From: Methanobacteriota archaeon
Lineage (GTDB): Archaea > Thermoplasmatota > Thermoplasmata > SG8-5 > JAGLSY01
Length of the DNA stretch: 64,000 nucleotides
Direction of reading: 5' to 3'
NCBI GenBank assembly: GCA_020696385.1
Contig: JAEHCQ010000004.1
Span: 128,001-192,000 of the forward strand
The notes under the pieces were generated by a model. It had not been told where the DNA came from. It saw only the letters and a program-made list of their open reading frames with translations, and made no database searches. Made by a program: the position numbers and the translations under genes. Positions 10,271-19,294 of the stretch are shown here, piece after piece. Positions within the stretch are counted from its first letter, which is position 1. Every line of letters begins with the position of its first letter.

Positions 10271-10435
10271 ATGCAGAAGATGAAATGTACGATATGCGGC
10301 TGGATATACGACCCCGAGATTGGAGTTCCAGATGCGGATGTAGCACCAGGCACGCCCTGGGAAGATGTGGATGAGGGCTTCAGATGCCCGAAATGCAAGG
10401 CAGTTAAGAAATGGTTCCAGCCTGTTGGCGAGTGA
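10271..10435 (+). CDS. Rubredoxin (54 aa, below the ORF-track cutoff)
   Basis: MQKMKCTICGWIYDPEIGVPDADVAPGTPWEDVDEGFRCPKCKAVKKWFQPVGE: two CxxC motifs, IYDP and PGTPWE. Confidence 0.93.
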   Translation: MQKMKCTICGWIYDPEIGVPDADVAPGTPWEDVDEGFRCPKCKAVKKWFQPVGE

Positions 10436-10439
10436 AAGT

Positions 10440-10835
10440 ATGGAATACAAAAATCCAGCTCTCACCGTCGATGGAATAATTATCATCGACGGCAAGCTTT
10501 TACTGATAAAACGAGGCCGTGATCCCTTCAAGGGCCAGTACGCCCTTCCTGGTGGTTTTGTCGAGATCGGTGAACGCGTGGAGGAAGCTGTCGAGCGCGA
10601 GGCCAAAGAAGAAACTGGCCTCGATACTGAAGTTCGCGACCTGATAGGTGTGTATTCCGCTCCAGATCGTGACCCTCGAGGGCACACTGTTTCTGTGGTG
10701 TTTTATCTAAAAGTTATCGGCGGCCAGATGAAAGCCGGGGATGATGCATGTGATATTGGATTGTTCGATCTGAATGCATTGCCAGAGCTCGCTTTCGACC
10801 ATTCTAAAATAATCGATGATTATATCAAGAATTGA
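10440..10835 (+). CDS. NUDIX hydrolase (ADP-ribose pyrophosphatase-like)
   Basis: Nudix box GGFVEIGERVEEAVEREAKEETG; RDPRGH; LAFDH. Confidence 0.92.
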   Translation: MEYKNPALTVDGIIIIDGKLLLIKRGRDPFKGQYALPGGFVEIGERVEEAVEREAKEETGLDTEVRDLIGVYSAPDRDPRGHTVSVVFYLKVIGGQMKAGDDACDIGLFDLNALPELAFDHSKIIDDYIKN

Positions 10836-10867
10836 ATTATTTGAAATATAGGCATGATATCAGTGAA

Positions 10868-10984
10868 CATGCCCCGTCTGATTGCTCCGATAGGATCAAG
10901 GAGGGCGGGGTACTATATTCAATGATCCAGTGAGTGACAGTCTTCTATTCGAACCCCCGTCCAAAGGGCGGGGAGGTCAAACTT
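10868..10984 (+). repeat. Structured intergenic repeat family 1, copy B
   Basis: Same conserved blocks as copy A, with shorter loops. Confidence 0.85.
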
Positions 10985-10991
10985 AGGCTAA

Positions 10992-11210
10992 TCATTCCCT
11001 TCTCGTGCTCACTGTGTAGATAGCCTTCGTGCCCTTGAGCATGGAATGAAGCTTTTGCAGGATCTCACCGTATTCTTCAGGAGTTGCGAAATCCATTACA
11101 AAATCATAATCACCCACATAAGGTGCGAAGCCCATTTCCTCAGCTATCTTGATTATGTCGAGAACTGAAGCCCCATCCGAGTTGATGAATATCTTTAGAT
11201 ATACTTTCAT
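10992..11210 (-). CDS. Small hypothetical protein (72 aa)
   Basis: Clean ORF with upstream TATA-like box; NSDGAS...MGF..GDYDF pattern resembles small archaeal conserved proteins. Confidence 0.7.
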   Translation of the reverse strand: MKVYLKIFINSDGASVLDIIKIAEEMGFAPYVGDYDFVMDFATPEEYGEILQKLHSMLKGTKAIYTVSTRRE

Positions 11211-11353
11211 TAAAGACCAGTATACCAGTGCGGGATAAAAATGTTACTATCATTTAGGCCAATAAACCAAATGTTAAATGTTAATTATGGATAATTTATA
11301 AATGATGTGCATCATAAGACATAATTTACTGATATGGATCAAAGCTGATATTC

Positions 11354-11989
11354 TCATCCCTCGGCGGCATCCCCTTGCTTGTCCTCTTCTGGCTTTTCCA
11401 GTTCCGTATTATCAGATATCAGCCATGGCAATCCATATTCTTGAGCGTAGATGTACATGGTCCCGAAGAGTGGTACGAAGATCAAGGTGCTGAGTATGTG
11501 CATGATGGTGAAAGGTACCTGAGCCATGAACATGACATAAATGCTCATGTCTGGAACTATCAGTTTGTAGCCGACCAGGGTCCAAAGGTCGTACAGTATT
11601 GTGAGTATGACCGCCACTCCCGTGAATACTGCCACTCCTTTCATTCGGAACAAAAAGGTAGGCTTCATTCTAGTACCGATGTAACCCACGAACATCATGC
11701 CAGTCCATGTGAAGAGCGATATGCCGACCAATTGTTGCCATGTGAAAGTAGTTCCATAATGCATGGCGTTTATGGCCCAATCCGAGAGGAACATGATGGC
11801 TAATGGAACAATGAGAGCCCACAATCCTCCCAGAACAAGGCCAGCCATCATCGCTATGGCGAGTACAGGCTCGATGTTCGCATATTTTGCCAGGACGATC
11901 CTGAGAAGTATCCCTGCCAATATGAACAGCAATGCCAGCCGCACTTTTTTAGGGCTTGTATCTAATTTGAATACTTCTTTCAGGCTCAT
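11354..11989 (-). CDS. ECF transporter S-component-like membrane protein, putative cobalamin uptake
   Basis: About 6 TM segments; NIEPVLAIAM..G, P..IMFLSD, LYDLWT, PF...H motifs; adjacent to a DUF4430 gene. Confidence 0.65.
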   Translation of the reverse strand: MSLKEVFKLDTSPKKVRLALLFILAGILLRIVLAKYANIEPVLAIAMMAGLVLGGLWALIVPLAIMFLSDWAINAMHYGTTFTWQQLVGISLFTWTGMMFVGYIGTRMKPTFLFRMKGVAVFTGVAVILTILYDLWTLVGYKLIVPDMSIYVMFMAQVPFTIMHILSTLIFVPLFGTMYIYAQEYGLPWLISDNTELEKPEEDKQGDAAEG

Positions 11990-12026
11990 TCATTTTCTCC
12001 TTAACATTTTCATCGATCATTTAGTG

Positions 12027-12839
12027 TCAGAAACCCTCGAATCTCCAGTCCACCACATCCCCATCCTGGAGAACGTACTGGCCCGCGCCAACAGAGGCAT
12101 ATCCGTCATTGATGTACCATAGCCAGTAGTAGGAAGATGTGTCATCAATGCCCTCGACCGTGCTACCTGTGGAAATACCATCGATCCCATTGACGAAGGC
12201 GCCCCATCCGAAATCCTGCATGTCCAGATTTGCATAACCAACCGCTTCTTCCAGAGCTCCAAGAGCCGTGTAATTATCTGAAATTATTGTCTGGTTCAAG
12301 TATGTGCCATTGCCAAAGTCGATGTTCACTTTGACAGAGATACCGGTCTTCTCGAAAACACCGCTGGGTCCATCTCCCAGCATGAATCTCAATTCAATGG
12401 TCTGTCCCTCGCGCACTATGGCGATATCATCCTTTGCGGCAAAGGCCTGGCCGGTCACTGGAGCCCAAGTTCCATTAATGGTGTAGGACCACCACATACT
12501 GGCAGTATCTCCTATTCCCTGAACTGTCATATTATTGGCAATATTGTCAATGGATCCCAGGTATGCCACTCCCTCGATACTGCGCTCCATCTCGTACCTG
12601 TCATCGCCTATACTGGCGGACAATACGCCAGGTAGCGTATTGTTCACAGTCGTCACATTGTACCAATCCACATCCCCATTTCCGTAATCGATCACCAAGG
12701 TGGCTGATATCTCATTGGGGTCTATCTCCACTTTGTTCATCTCCTGCATGAGGAATATTCCGCCGATAGCAGCTACTATCACCACTGCAACTACAACTAT
12801 GGGCATCCAGCCCAATCCAGCCTTTTCTCCTTCTGTCAA
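12027..12839 (-). CDS. Membrane-anchored protein with two DUF4430 (transcobalamin C-terminal-like) domains
   Basis: N-terminal TM; repeated IDxGNG...SIDxI...WxxxIN; GAGQYVLQDGDVVDW. Confidence 0.75.
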   Translation of the reverse strand: MTEGEKAGLGWMPIVVVAVVIVAAIGGIFLMQEMNKVEIDPNEISATLVIDYGNGDVDWYNVTTVNNTLPGVLSASIGDDRYEMERSIEGVAYLGSIDNIANNMTVQGIGDTASMWWSYTINGTWAPVTGQAFAAKDDIAIVREGQTIELRFMLGDGPSGVFEKTGISVKVNIDFGNGTYLNQTIISDNYTALGALEEAVGYANLDMQDFGWGAFVNGIDGISTGSTVEGIDDTSSYYWLWYINDGYASVGAGQYVLQDGDVVDWRFEGF

Positions 12840-12948
12840 TTAATCGCCTCTGAGCCACCGCATATAGAGGTGGACAATATATCCACCCAAAAGCACATTG
12901 GCTATTAAAGGTTTTTGATTTAATCTGTTAAAAATAAGTGTTATCTGA

Positions 12949-13560
12949 TCATGATTTAGTGGAGGATATCAAGAGGCCGGATGCAGCTGCAAAGGCTCCG
13001 TCCTCAGCCTTTGTTTCACTATTGCCAGTTCCGATGATGATAATGTCATCATCCTTCAAGTCGAAAGCTCCCCTAATCTTCTCCGCGACCTGGGGCATCT
13101 CATCGTCTATATTGAAATGATCTGGAAGCTCAAGACCATCATTGACGAACAGGATGGTCGTCGCGCCACTGGAGCCCGCCTTAATGGCCTCATCCCTTTC
13201 CATTATGCCATCCTTTACAGAACTTGCAATTCGTGATAATCTAATTGCAAAATCATATTCGTCCACAGTGAGGCCAAATACTTCGATAACAGAGGCCTGA
13301 AAACCGATCTCATTCAAATATCTCGAACCTCGATTTGCCAATTTGAGCCCATCTTCTTTCCTTTGAATAAAGCCATGTTCTTCAAGATGAGATATAAGCC
13401 CTCTGGAGCTTCCCTCACCCAGATCTAATTTGGAAGCCAGACCCTTGCGGCCTATAGGTCCATATTCTCGAATGATATGTAATGATTTAAAAACATGTAA
13501 AGGTCCGAAAAGGGGGGCGGCCCCCCTTTTCGGCATCTCTATCTCGAAGATTCCAGACAT
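12949..13560 (-). CDS. Winged-helix protein with DUF4443/DUF2111-like C-terminal domain
   Basis: GPIGRKGLASKLDLGEGSSR HTH; GIMERDEAIKAGSSGATT. Confidence 0.75.
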   Translation of the reverse strand: MSGIFEIEMPKRGAAPLFGPLHVFKSLHIIREYGPIGRKGLASKLDLGEGSSRGLISHLEEHGFIQRKEDGLKLANRGSRYLNEIGFQASVIEVFGLTVDEYDFAIRLSRIASSVKDGIMERDEAIKAGSSGATTILFVNDGLELPDHFNIDDEMPQVAEKIRGAFDLKDDDIIIIGTGNSETKAEDGAFAAASGLLISSTKS

Positions 13561-13564
13561 CGGA

Positions 13565-14767
13565 TCAGAAGGTTCCGATCTTGCCCTTGACAACGAGGTC
13601 GGTGATCTTGTTGGTATTCTGCAACCAGCCGTCAACGACTCCTTCGATGTCTGACTTGACATCCTTCATCTTGACACTATCTGCAAGTTTCACCTTCACA
13701 CTGGCTGCCTGTGGGTTGTTAATTGGCATTCCGATCTGTGACAATAAGCGCACGTGACATTCCAGTATGTCCCCGCCGCCTACCTTTGCAACATCCTGGG
13801 CGATCTGATTTGATAATAGATTGTAGATCTTTCCAACATGTGTCACCGGGTTCTTTCCAGATGTGGCTTCCATGCTCATTGGTCTGTATGGGGTGATCAA
13901 TCCATTTGCTCTGTTTCCCCTGCCAACTGAACCATCGTCACCGTTCTCCATTGAAAGGCCAGTCACTGTCAGGTAATAGATACCCTTCTTGTAATCATCA
14001 GCTGTATTGGCATCCACAATGATCTCACGATCTGTGAATCTCTCTGCCTGTTTGTGAACTTTATCTTTCAGTTCCTGAACAACGCTCTTGTAGTGGTCAC
14101 TGTCAGGGATCTCTTTCCCGACCATGGCTGCTGCTACTGTGATATTGATCTTGTTTCCGATCCTGGCTGCCATGACCTTGACATCCTCTCCGACCTCGGG
14201 CATGGATTTCTTCAACCTGCCATTGATGTACTGTTCAGCATCCAGGACGATTGTCTCGGTCTCACTGAAGGGCGCGTGGCCAACACCGAATGAAGTATCA
14301 TTGGATAGGAAATCCTTTGGTTTATTATCATAAACGCCCATTAGATCGACCGATCCCTTGCTTATCATGCAGTCCAGCATGACATCTGCATCGACATCCA
14401 GGTGTGAGCAGTGATCCTTCAGATACTTGCGGGCTGCCTTGACTGCGACAGATCTGTATGGGAGCCTCTCACCGTCTACTTCGGTAGTAGCACGGCCGAC
14501 AAGAAGAATGTAAACTGGCTCAAGAACAACTCCGCCTCCGAACTTAGGGGCTGACTGGCCACCGACGATCTGTGTTTCGTCAGTATTATGGTGAAAGATA
14601 TGATCATATTTTTCAAGGTACATTTTACAAAGGGATCTTGACACGGACTCAGCCAGTCCATCGGCTATACTGTCCGGATGTCCAATTCCCTTTCTCTCTA
14701 CGATCTCAATTTCCTGCTTCTCGATGTACGTCTGTGCCAAAGGCTCGACAAAGATATTTCTTTTCAT
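13565..14767 (-). CDS. mat: S-adenosylmethionine synthetase, archaeal type
   Basis: [49 protein letters not shown]. Confidence 0.95.
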   Translation of the reverse strand: MKRNIFVEPLAQTYIEKQEIEIVERKGIGHPDSIADGLAESVSRSLCKMYLEKYDHIFHHNTDETQIVGGQSAPKFGGGVVLEPVYILLVGRATTEVDGERLPYRSVAVKAARKYLKDHCSHLDVDADVMLDCMISKGSVDLMGVYDNKPKDFLSNDTSFGVGHAPFSETETIVLDAEQYINGRLKKSMPEVGEDVKVMAARIGNKINITVAAAMVGKEIPDSDHYKSVVQELKDKVHKQAERFTDREIIVDANTADDYKKGIYYLTVTGLSMENGDDGSVGRGNRANGLITPYRPMSMEATSGKNPVTHVGKIYNLLSNQIAQDVAKVGGGDILECHVRLLSQIGMPINNPQAASVKVKLADSVKMKDVKSDIEGVVDGWLQNTNKITDLVVKGKIGTF

Positions 14768-14912
14768 ATCAAACATTCCTGAGTTATGGTTAGTCAGCCT
14801 GCAAATACGAGAGTTGATAAAACCCTTTCGGTTGAATTTGCTTTTTCCATGCCTAAATATGCATGTTCGCACTCATCTTTGACAATATCTTTATGATCTA
14901 TATCTGGGTAGC

Positions 14913-15827
14913 TCATATTCTAGATACGATATCGGCCACAACACTGATATCATTCAGCGTGAACAGATGTACGCCAGGCGCACCTTTCTCCCTGAGCTTC
15001 TGGCACAGTTCGACAGAAAAGTCAATACATACTTTTCTGGCTTCCTGTGGCTCGAGTCCTTCCAATGCTTTTTTCAGACTTTCCGGCACATTGGCCTTGA
15101 AGATATCTTCTGCCACTTTGACATGCTCGGTCTTGGTGACTGGTCTTATGCCAGGTATAACTGGAATATCGATCCCCCTATTCCTCAACTGTGCCACATA
15201 ATCCGCATAAACATCAGCATCGAATATCATCTGGGTGATGGCAAAGCCCGCTCCATTTGCCACCTTCTGCTCCATGACCATTAACTCCTTTTCCATGTCA
15301 TCTGCCTCTGGATAGGCCGCTACACCGATACAGAAATCAGTATCCATGCCTTTCCTTGGCTGGCTGGCGTCTTTGAGCGGTATGTATCTTCCTTTGTTCA
15401 TTTCTTCGATCTGGCCTACAAGCTCGGAAGCATATTGATTGTGTTGACCTGGTTCTCGCGGGCACTCTGGCTCGCCAGCTATCGGATCGCCAAGTACTGC
15501 CAGTATATTCCGTATGCCGAAATATGTGTGATCGACTAACATATTTTCCACATCTCGTTTGTTCATGTCACGGCAACGGAAATGCACCAGGGAGTTCAAT
15601 CCATATCTTTCAGATATCATGTAGCCAATGGGGATAGTGCCACCGCGCATGCTTCCCATCGCTCCCTTGGTTATACTGATAAAATCAAGGTCCAGCTTGC
15701 TCAATTCATCTATTTTATTGAGAATTATATCCGGGCTCTTGCCATTCCTGGGGGGGAAGACCTCCACGCTGATGGTGAAGTCCTTTTTGGCAAGTACGTT
15801 CGTGATCTTTTCAGGCTGGAACATCAT
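14913..15827 (-). CDS. metF: 5,10-methylenetetrahydrofolate reductase
   Basis: SVEVFPP, LAVLGD, IGVAAYPE, GAGFAITQMIFD, GVHLFTLN. Confidence 0.9.
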   Translation of the reverse strand: MMFQPEKITNVLAKKDFTISVEVFPPRNGKSPDIILNKIDELSKLDLDFISITKGAMGSMRGGTIPIGYMISERYGLNSLVHFRCRDMNKRDVENMLVDHTYFGIRNILAVLGDPIAGEPECPREPGQHNQYASELVGQIEEMNKGRYIPLKDASQPRKGMDTDFCIGVAAYPEADDMEKELMVMEQKVANGAGFAITQMIFDADVYADYVAQLRNRGIDIPVIPGIRPVTKTEHVKVAEDIFKANVPESLKKALEGLEPQEARKVCIDFSVELCQKLREKGAPGVHLFTLNDISVVADIVSRI

Positions 15828-15891
15828 AGGATGGAATACTGCCTTTTATTAAAAGTATTACCCCGCATCCTCAATGATCGAGCTGGTGTGA

Positions 15892-16365
15892 TCATATCAT
15901 CTTGAACAGGTTTCCTTCAGATCCCGCATATCCAAGCTTCTCGTACATGGCTCTGGCCGGAGCATTGTGATCGAAGACATGGAGGGCGATGATGTTAATA
16001 CCCATATCTTTCACTTTATCTTCCATTATTTTGAAAGTGCTCTCACCATAGCCCTTTCGTCTGTATTCTTCATATATCTGGATATCAATTATGAAGATTA
16101 ATTCCTGATCTTGATTCTCGGCCTTGGCGAACCATAGACCACCTACTTGCACATCTTCCCCTTCCACAATATTGAAGAAATAATGGTCTTGTGTATCGAG
16201 ACCATTGTTCAGAACCTTGCTCTTCATCTCTTTCATATTATCCAGGGCATTAGATTCGGTCCACTCACCGGCCTTTATCTGAGACCGCATATGGTCATCC
16301 ATGGATATCTTCATGAATTCATCATACTGGGTGGTATCCATTGGCTCTAATTTTATCATGTACAT
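15892..16365 (-). CDS. GNAT family N-acetyltransferase
   Basis: YRRKGYG acetyl-CoA motif; LHVFDHNAPARAMYEKLGY. Confidence 0.9.
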   Translation of the reverse strand: MYMIKLEPMDTTQYDEFMKISMDDHMRSQIKAGEWTESNALDNMKEMKSKVLNNGLDTQDHYFFNIVEGEDVQVGGLWFAKAENQDQELIFIIDIQIYEEYRRKGYGESTFKIMEDKVKDMGINIIALHVFDHNAPARAMYEKLGYAGSEGNLFKMI

Positions 16366-16424
16366 TCACCATATTGATATTGCTATCTGGCCTTATATCT
16401 ATTTCGTATTATCCGAATGTTCGA

Positions 16425-16889
16425 TCACAGCATACCCATCATGATTCCCCATGATGAATACGAGAGAAGTAACATGAACAGTATGAAGGCTATCAGGAAA
16501 CCCTTCCTAACTCTCATGTCCATATCCTTTTTGATGAAAGAAGTGAAGAAACTCGCGAAGGCCATCAGGAATAATCCGATCTGGAAGACCGTGCTGATGA
16601 TGACTCCCCAAAATGCCCTGTCCTCATAATCATAATTATTACTTCCAATGAAACTGAGCGTGTATATCGATCCCAGAATACTGGATAAGAAGAACACCAG
16701 TATGCCGCTGATCAACATGATCTTCAGCCACATTGGTAATATTATATGGTCGCCCGGGTAGATGAGACCCATATCATTGGTCGTTGCATTGTCCCTGGGT
16801 GGCGGTGGTGGGGGTGTTGGTCTTAAAAAACTCGGTACCGATCCTGTTGCAGGCTCTCTATTATTAGATTGAACTCTCGATCCTTCCAT
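16425..16889 (-). CDS. Hypothetical membrane protein (3 TM, Pro-rich N-terminus)
   Basis: ORF with upstream GAGG; hydrophobic segments. Confidence 0.6.
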   Translation of the reverse strand: MEGSRVQSNNREPATGSVPSFLRPTPPPPPPRDNATTNDMGLIYPGDHIILPMWLKIMLISGILVFFLSSILGSIYTLSFIGSNNYDYEDRAFWGVIISTVFQIGLFLMAFASFFTSFIKKDMDMRVRKGFLIAFILFMLLLSYSSWGIMMGML

Positions 16890-17101
16890 GACTCTTCCTC
16901 ACATGTGTATGTGTGTGATTAATATTTAATTAGATTGGTACGGTGTTTTGTATTATGATTAAATAAATAAATTCAAAAATATCTTATATCCATCTCTCAA
17001 TCAGGGTATGACCCAAATTTGACATTTCAGAGTTTGTATAAGCCAAACTCTTGGGTTGCTATAGATGCCGAATGTCAAACTAGGGTACGAGTGTGATATA
17101 G

Positions 17102-18202
17102 ATGTCAGAAGTTTTCTTTGCCAAAGTGGGCGCCAGTAAGCACAATGAAAGATTACCAAATAAGGTTCGCCAGTTATTTGACAAAGCTGGTTTTAACAAT
17201 TTAATTTCGGAGAAGGACATGGTCGCCCTCAAGCTTCATTTTGGAGAGCCTGGCAATACCACATTTCTCAGGCCACAATTTACCCGTCAGATCGTGGACA
17301 AGGTGAAGGAAAGCGGTGGTAAGCCTTTCCTTACAGATGCAAACACACTATACACTGGCCAGAGATCCAATGCGGTGGATCATCTCAATGCCGCCGCCCT
17401 GCACGGATTCCTGCCAGCGGTTGTCGATGCTCCCATCATCATCGCGGATGGACTGACTGGCCGCGATTTCGTCGAGGTGGATGTGGATCTCAAGCACCTT
17501 AAATCAGTTAAGTTCGGAGCAGCTGCCTATCACGCTGACGTGATAGGAGCGATTTCTCATTTCAAATGCCACGTTGTCGGTGGTATCGGGGGCGCGATAA
17601 AGAACCTGGGTATGGGTTTCGGAAGTCGTGCTGGCAAGCAGCAGATGCATTCGGATACCAAGCCAGTTGTCGATGGCGAGAAGTGCATATCATGCGGTAC
17701 TTGTGCGAAATGGTGTCCGGAGGACGCGATCGATATTCCGGATAAAGCGATCATCAATCAGGACAAGTGCATCGGATGTGGTGAATGCCTTATACAGTGC
17801 CCGACCAAGGCCATCAATGTAAGATGGGATGCCAGCAGCAAGAATATGCAGGAGAAAATGGTCGAGTACACTTACGGAGTGATGAAGAATAAAAAGGACA
17901 AGACATTCTTCTACAATTTCTTACTGGATATCACGCCGGATTGCGACTGCGTGCCCTGGAGTGGGAAGCAGATAGTGCCAGATATCGGAATTATGGCATC
18001 CACAGACCCGATAGCTATCGATCAGGCATCGGCCGATTTTGTTAACCAGCAAACAGCCAATCCTGGATCCAAGATAGAGATTGCGGTAAATCCGGGTGAT
18101 GACAAGATCCACGAAGTTCATAATATCGATTGGGACCTACAGCTCAAATATGGAGAAGAAATAGGTCTGGGTAGTCGAAAATACAAGATAATCGAGATTT
18201 GA
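17102..18202 (+). CDS. DUF362 protein with 2x[4Fe-4S] ferredoxin domain
   Basis: KLHFGE, TDANTLY, GAIKNLGMG, two CxxCxxCxxxCP, CDC, DPIAIDQA. Confidence 0.9.
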   Translation: MSEVFFAKVGASKHNERLPNKVRQLFDKAGFNNLISEKDMVALKLHFGEPGNTTFLRPQFTRQIVDKVKESGGKPFLTDANTLYTGQRSNAVDHLNAAALHGFLPAVVDAPIIIADGLTGRDFVEVDVDLKHLKSVKFGAAAYHADVIGAISHFKCHVVGGIGGAIKNLGMGFGSRAGKQQMHSDTKPVVDGEKCISCGTCAKWCPEDAIDIPDKAIINQDKCIGCGECLIQCPTKAINVRWDASSKNMQEKMVEYTYGVMKNKKDKTFFYNFLLDITPDCDCVPWSGKQIVPDIGIMASTDPIAIDQASADFVNQQTANPGSKIEIAVNPGDDKIHEVHNIDWDLQLKYGEEIGLGSRKYKIIEI

Positions 18203-18222
18203 TGCCAGGGCAATCGGCATTA

Positions 18223-18383
18223 CCGAGCGAGCAGGCTTTGGCGAGTTTCTTTTTAGATGTGCGCTTCACGAAGCGCATGCATCTATTTTATCAAGCACAT
18301 GAACTGGGCTTGATTCGATTTGTCCGTCTTTTTTCTTTGTGAGCCAAAGCCAGCACAGCGAGGTTAAAAGAAAAAAGTGGATG
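18223..18383 (+). repeat. Intergenic repeat family 2, copy 1
   Basis: CCGAGCGAGCAGG ... ATTTGTCCGTCTTTTT..CTTT.GTGAG ... AGCACAGCGAGG..TAAAAGAAAAA.GTGG.ATG shared with 55535-55688. Confidence 0.85.
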
Positions 18384-18433
18384 GGGAGGAAATAGGTCTG
18401 GGTAGTCGAAAATACAAGATAATCGAGGTATGA
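18381..18433 (+). repeat. Diverged direct duplicate of the DUF362 gene 3' end (matches 18150-18202)
   Basis: 39-nt exact core (18158-18196 = 18389-18427) inside a 53-nt match that ends in TGA. Confidence 0.92.
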
Positions 18434-18453
18434 AATTCAATTCAATTCATTCT

Positions 18454-19152
18454 TCATTCTTCATCCAGCTTTGCCAGCACCTTCTGAAGTCGCTCAGGAT
18501 TATCCGTGATTATACCATCAACTCCCATCAATGTCAGTTTCTTCATCTTGATGGGGCAATTGACCGTCCAAACGAAAATCTGCATCTTGTTTTCGCCAGC
18601 TTCCTTTATCAATTCCGGGCTCACCAGCTTGAACTCTGGAAAAATAGTACTGGCTCCCACTGTCTTGGCAACGGAAGTGATGACGATCTTATTGTCATCA
18701 CTTGAATACCCCGTTCTGGCATTTTTCTTATCCTTCAACTGGGCGATCGCAATACCCTCCTTTGAAGTGAATATGACGCTATCCAGCATATTGTTCTTCT
18801 TGACAAGTTTGTAGGCCGGCATCATCGCGCTCCTGGTCTTGATGTCAAGTACGAGACCGCATTTTCCCTTGGCCTCTTCCAGAGCCTCGGCCAGTGTGGG
18901 AATCTTCTCTTTCCTCTTCACCTTCAACTTGCCCAGTTTGGAGGATTCTGTCTGGCTGAGAAATCCAGATCCATTGGTCATGCGATTGAGCTTCTCGTCG
19001 TGGAATATGACGAGAACATCATCCTTCGATATCCTCACATCCAGCTCGACATAATCTGCTCCGAACTCCAGTGCTTTGTTAATTCCCGCAGTGGTGTTCT
19101 CAGGAGCGAGGCTTCTTGCGCCCCTGTGTCCGATTATGGCTGGTCTTTTCAT
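18454..19152 (-). CDS. Glycerophosphodiester phosphodiesterase
   Basis: IIGHRGA, PENT, VELDV, FHD, VWTVN, GVDGIITD. Confidence 0.92.
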   Translation of the reverse strand: MKRPAIIGHRGARSLAPENTTAGINKALEFGADYVELDVRISKDDVLVIFHDEKLNRMTNGSGFLSQTESSKLGKLKVKRKEKIPTLAEALEEAKGKCGLVLDIKTRSAMMPAYKLVKKNNMLDSVIFTSKEGIAIAQLKDKKNARTGYSSDDNKIVITSVAKTVGASTIFPEFKLVSPELIKEAGENKMQIFVWTVNCPIKMKKLTLMGVDGIITDNPERLQKVLAKLDEE

Positions 19153-19208
19153 TGAGAGAGATAATATCAGCATTGGATAAAAACAATGTGGGACGATGCA
19201 TGGACAAT

Positions 19209-19255
19209 GCCACCTTCCGCCCCCGCCCTCGAATGCTCATTGAATCCACCCACCC
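19209..19255 (-). repeat. G-tract motif (family 5), copy 1
   Basis: GCCACCTTCCGCCCCCGCCCTC-N7-CATTGAATCCACCCACCC; near-identical to 47024-47070. Confidence 0.75.
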
Positions 19256-19294
19256 TATAAAGGATAATATTATGGATTTTATTATTTATAAGCT

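Noticed and set aside
12840-12945. Cobalamin riboswitch
   Set aside because: The region is too short and lacks the B12-box and the conserved GGGAA/GCCACUG core
18150-18433. DGR template/variable repeat pair
   Set aside because: Some mismatches are at adenines, but the repeat is only about 53 nt, the changes are synonymous or conservative, and no reverse transcriptase is present in the window
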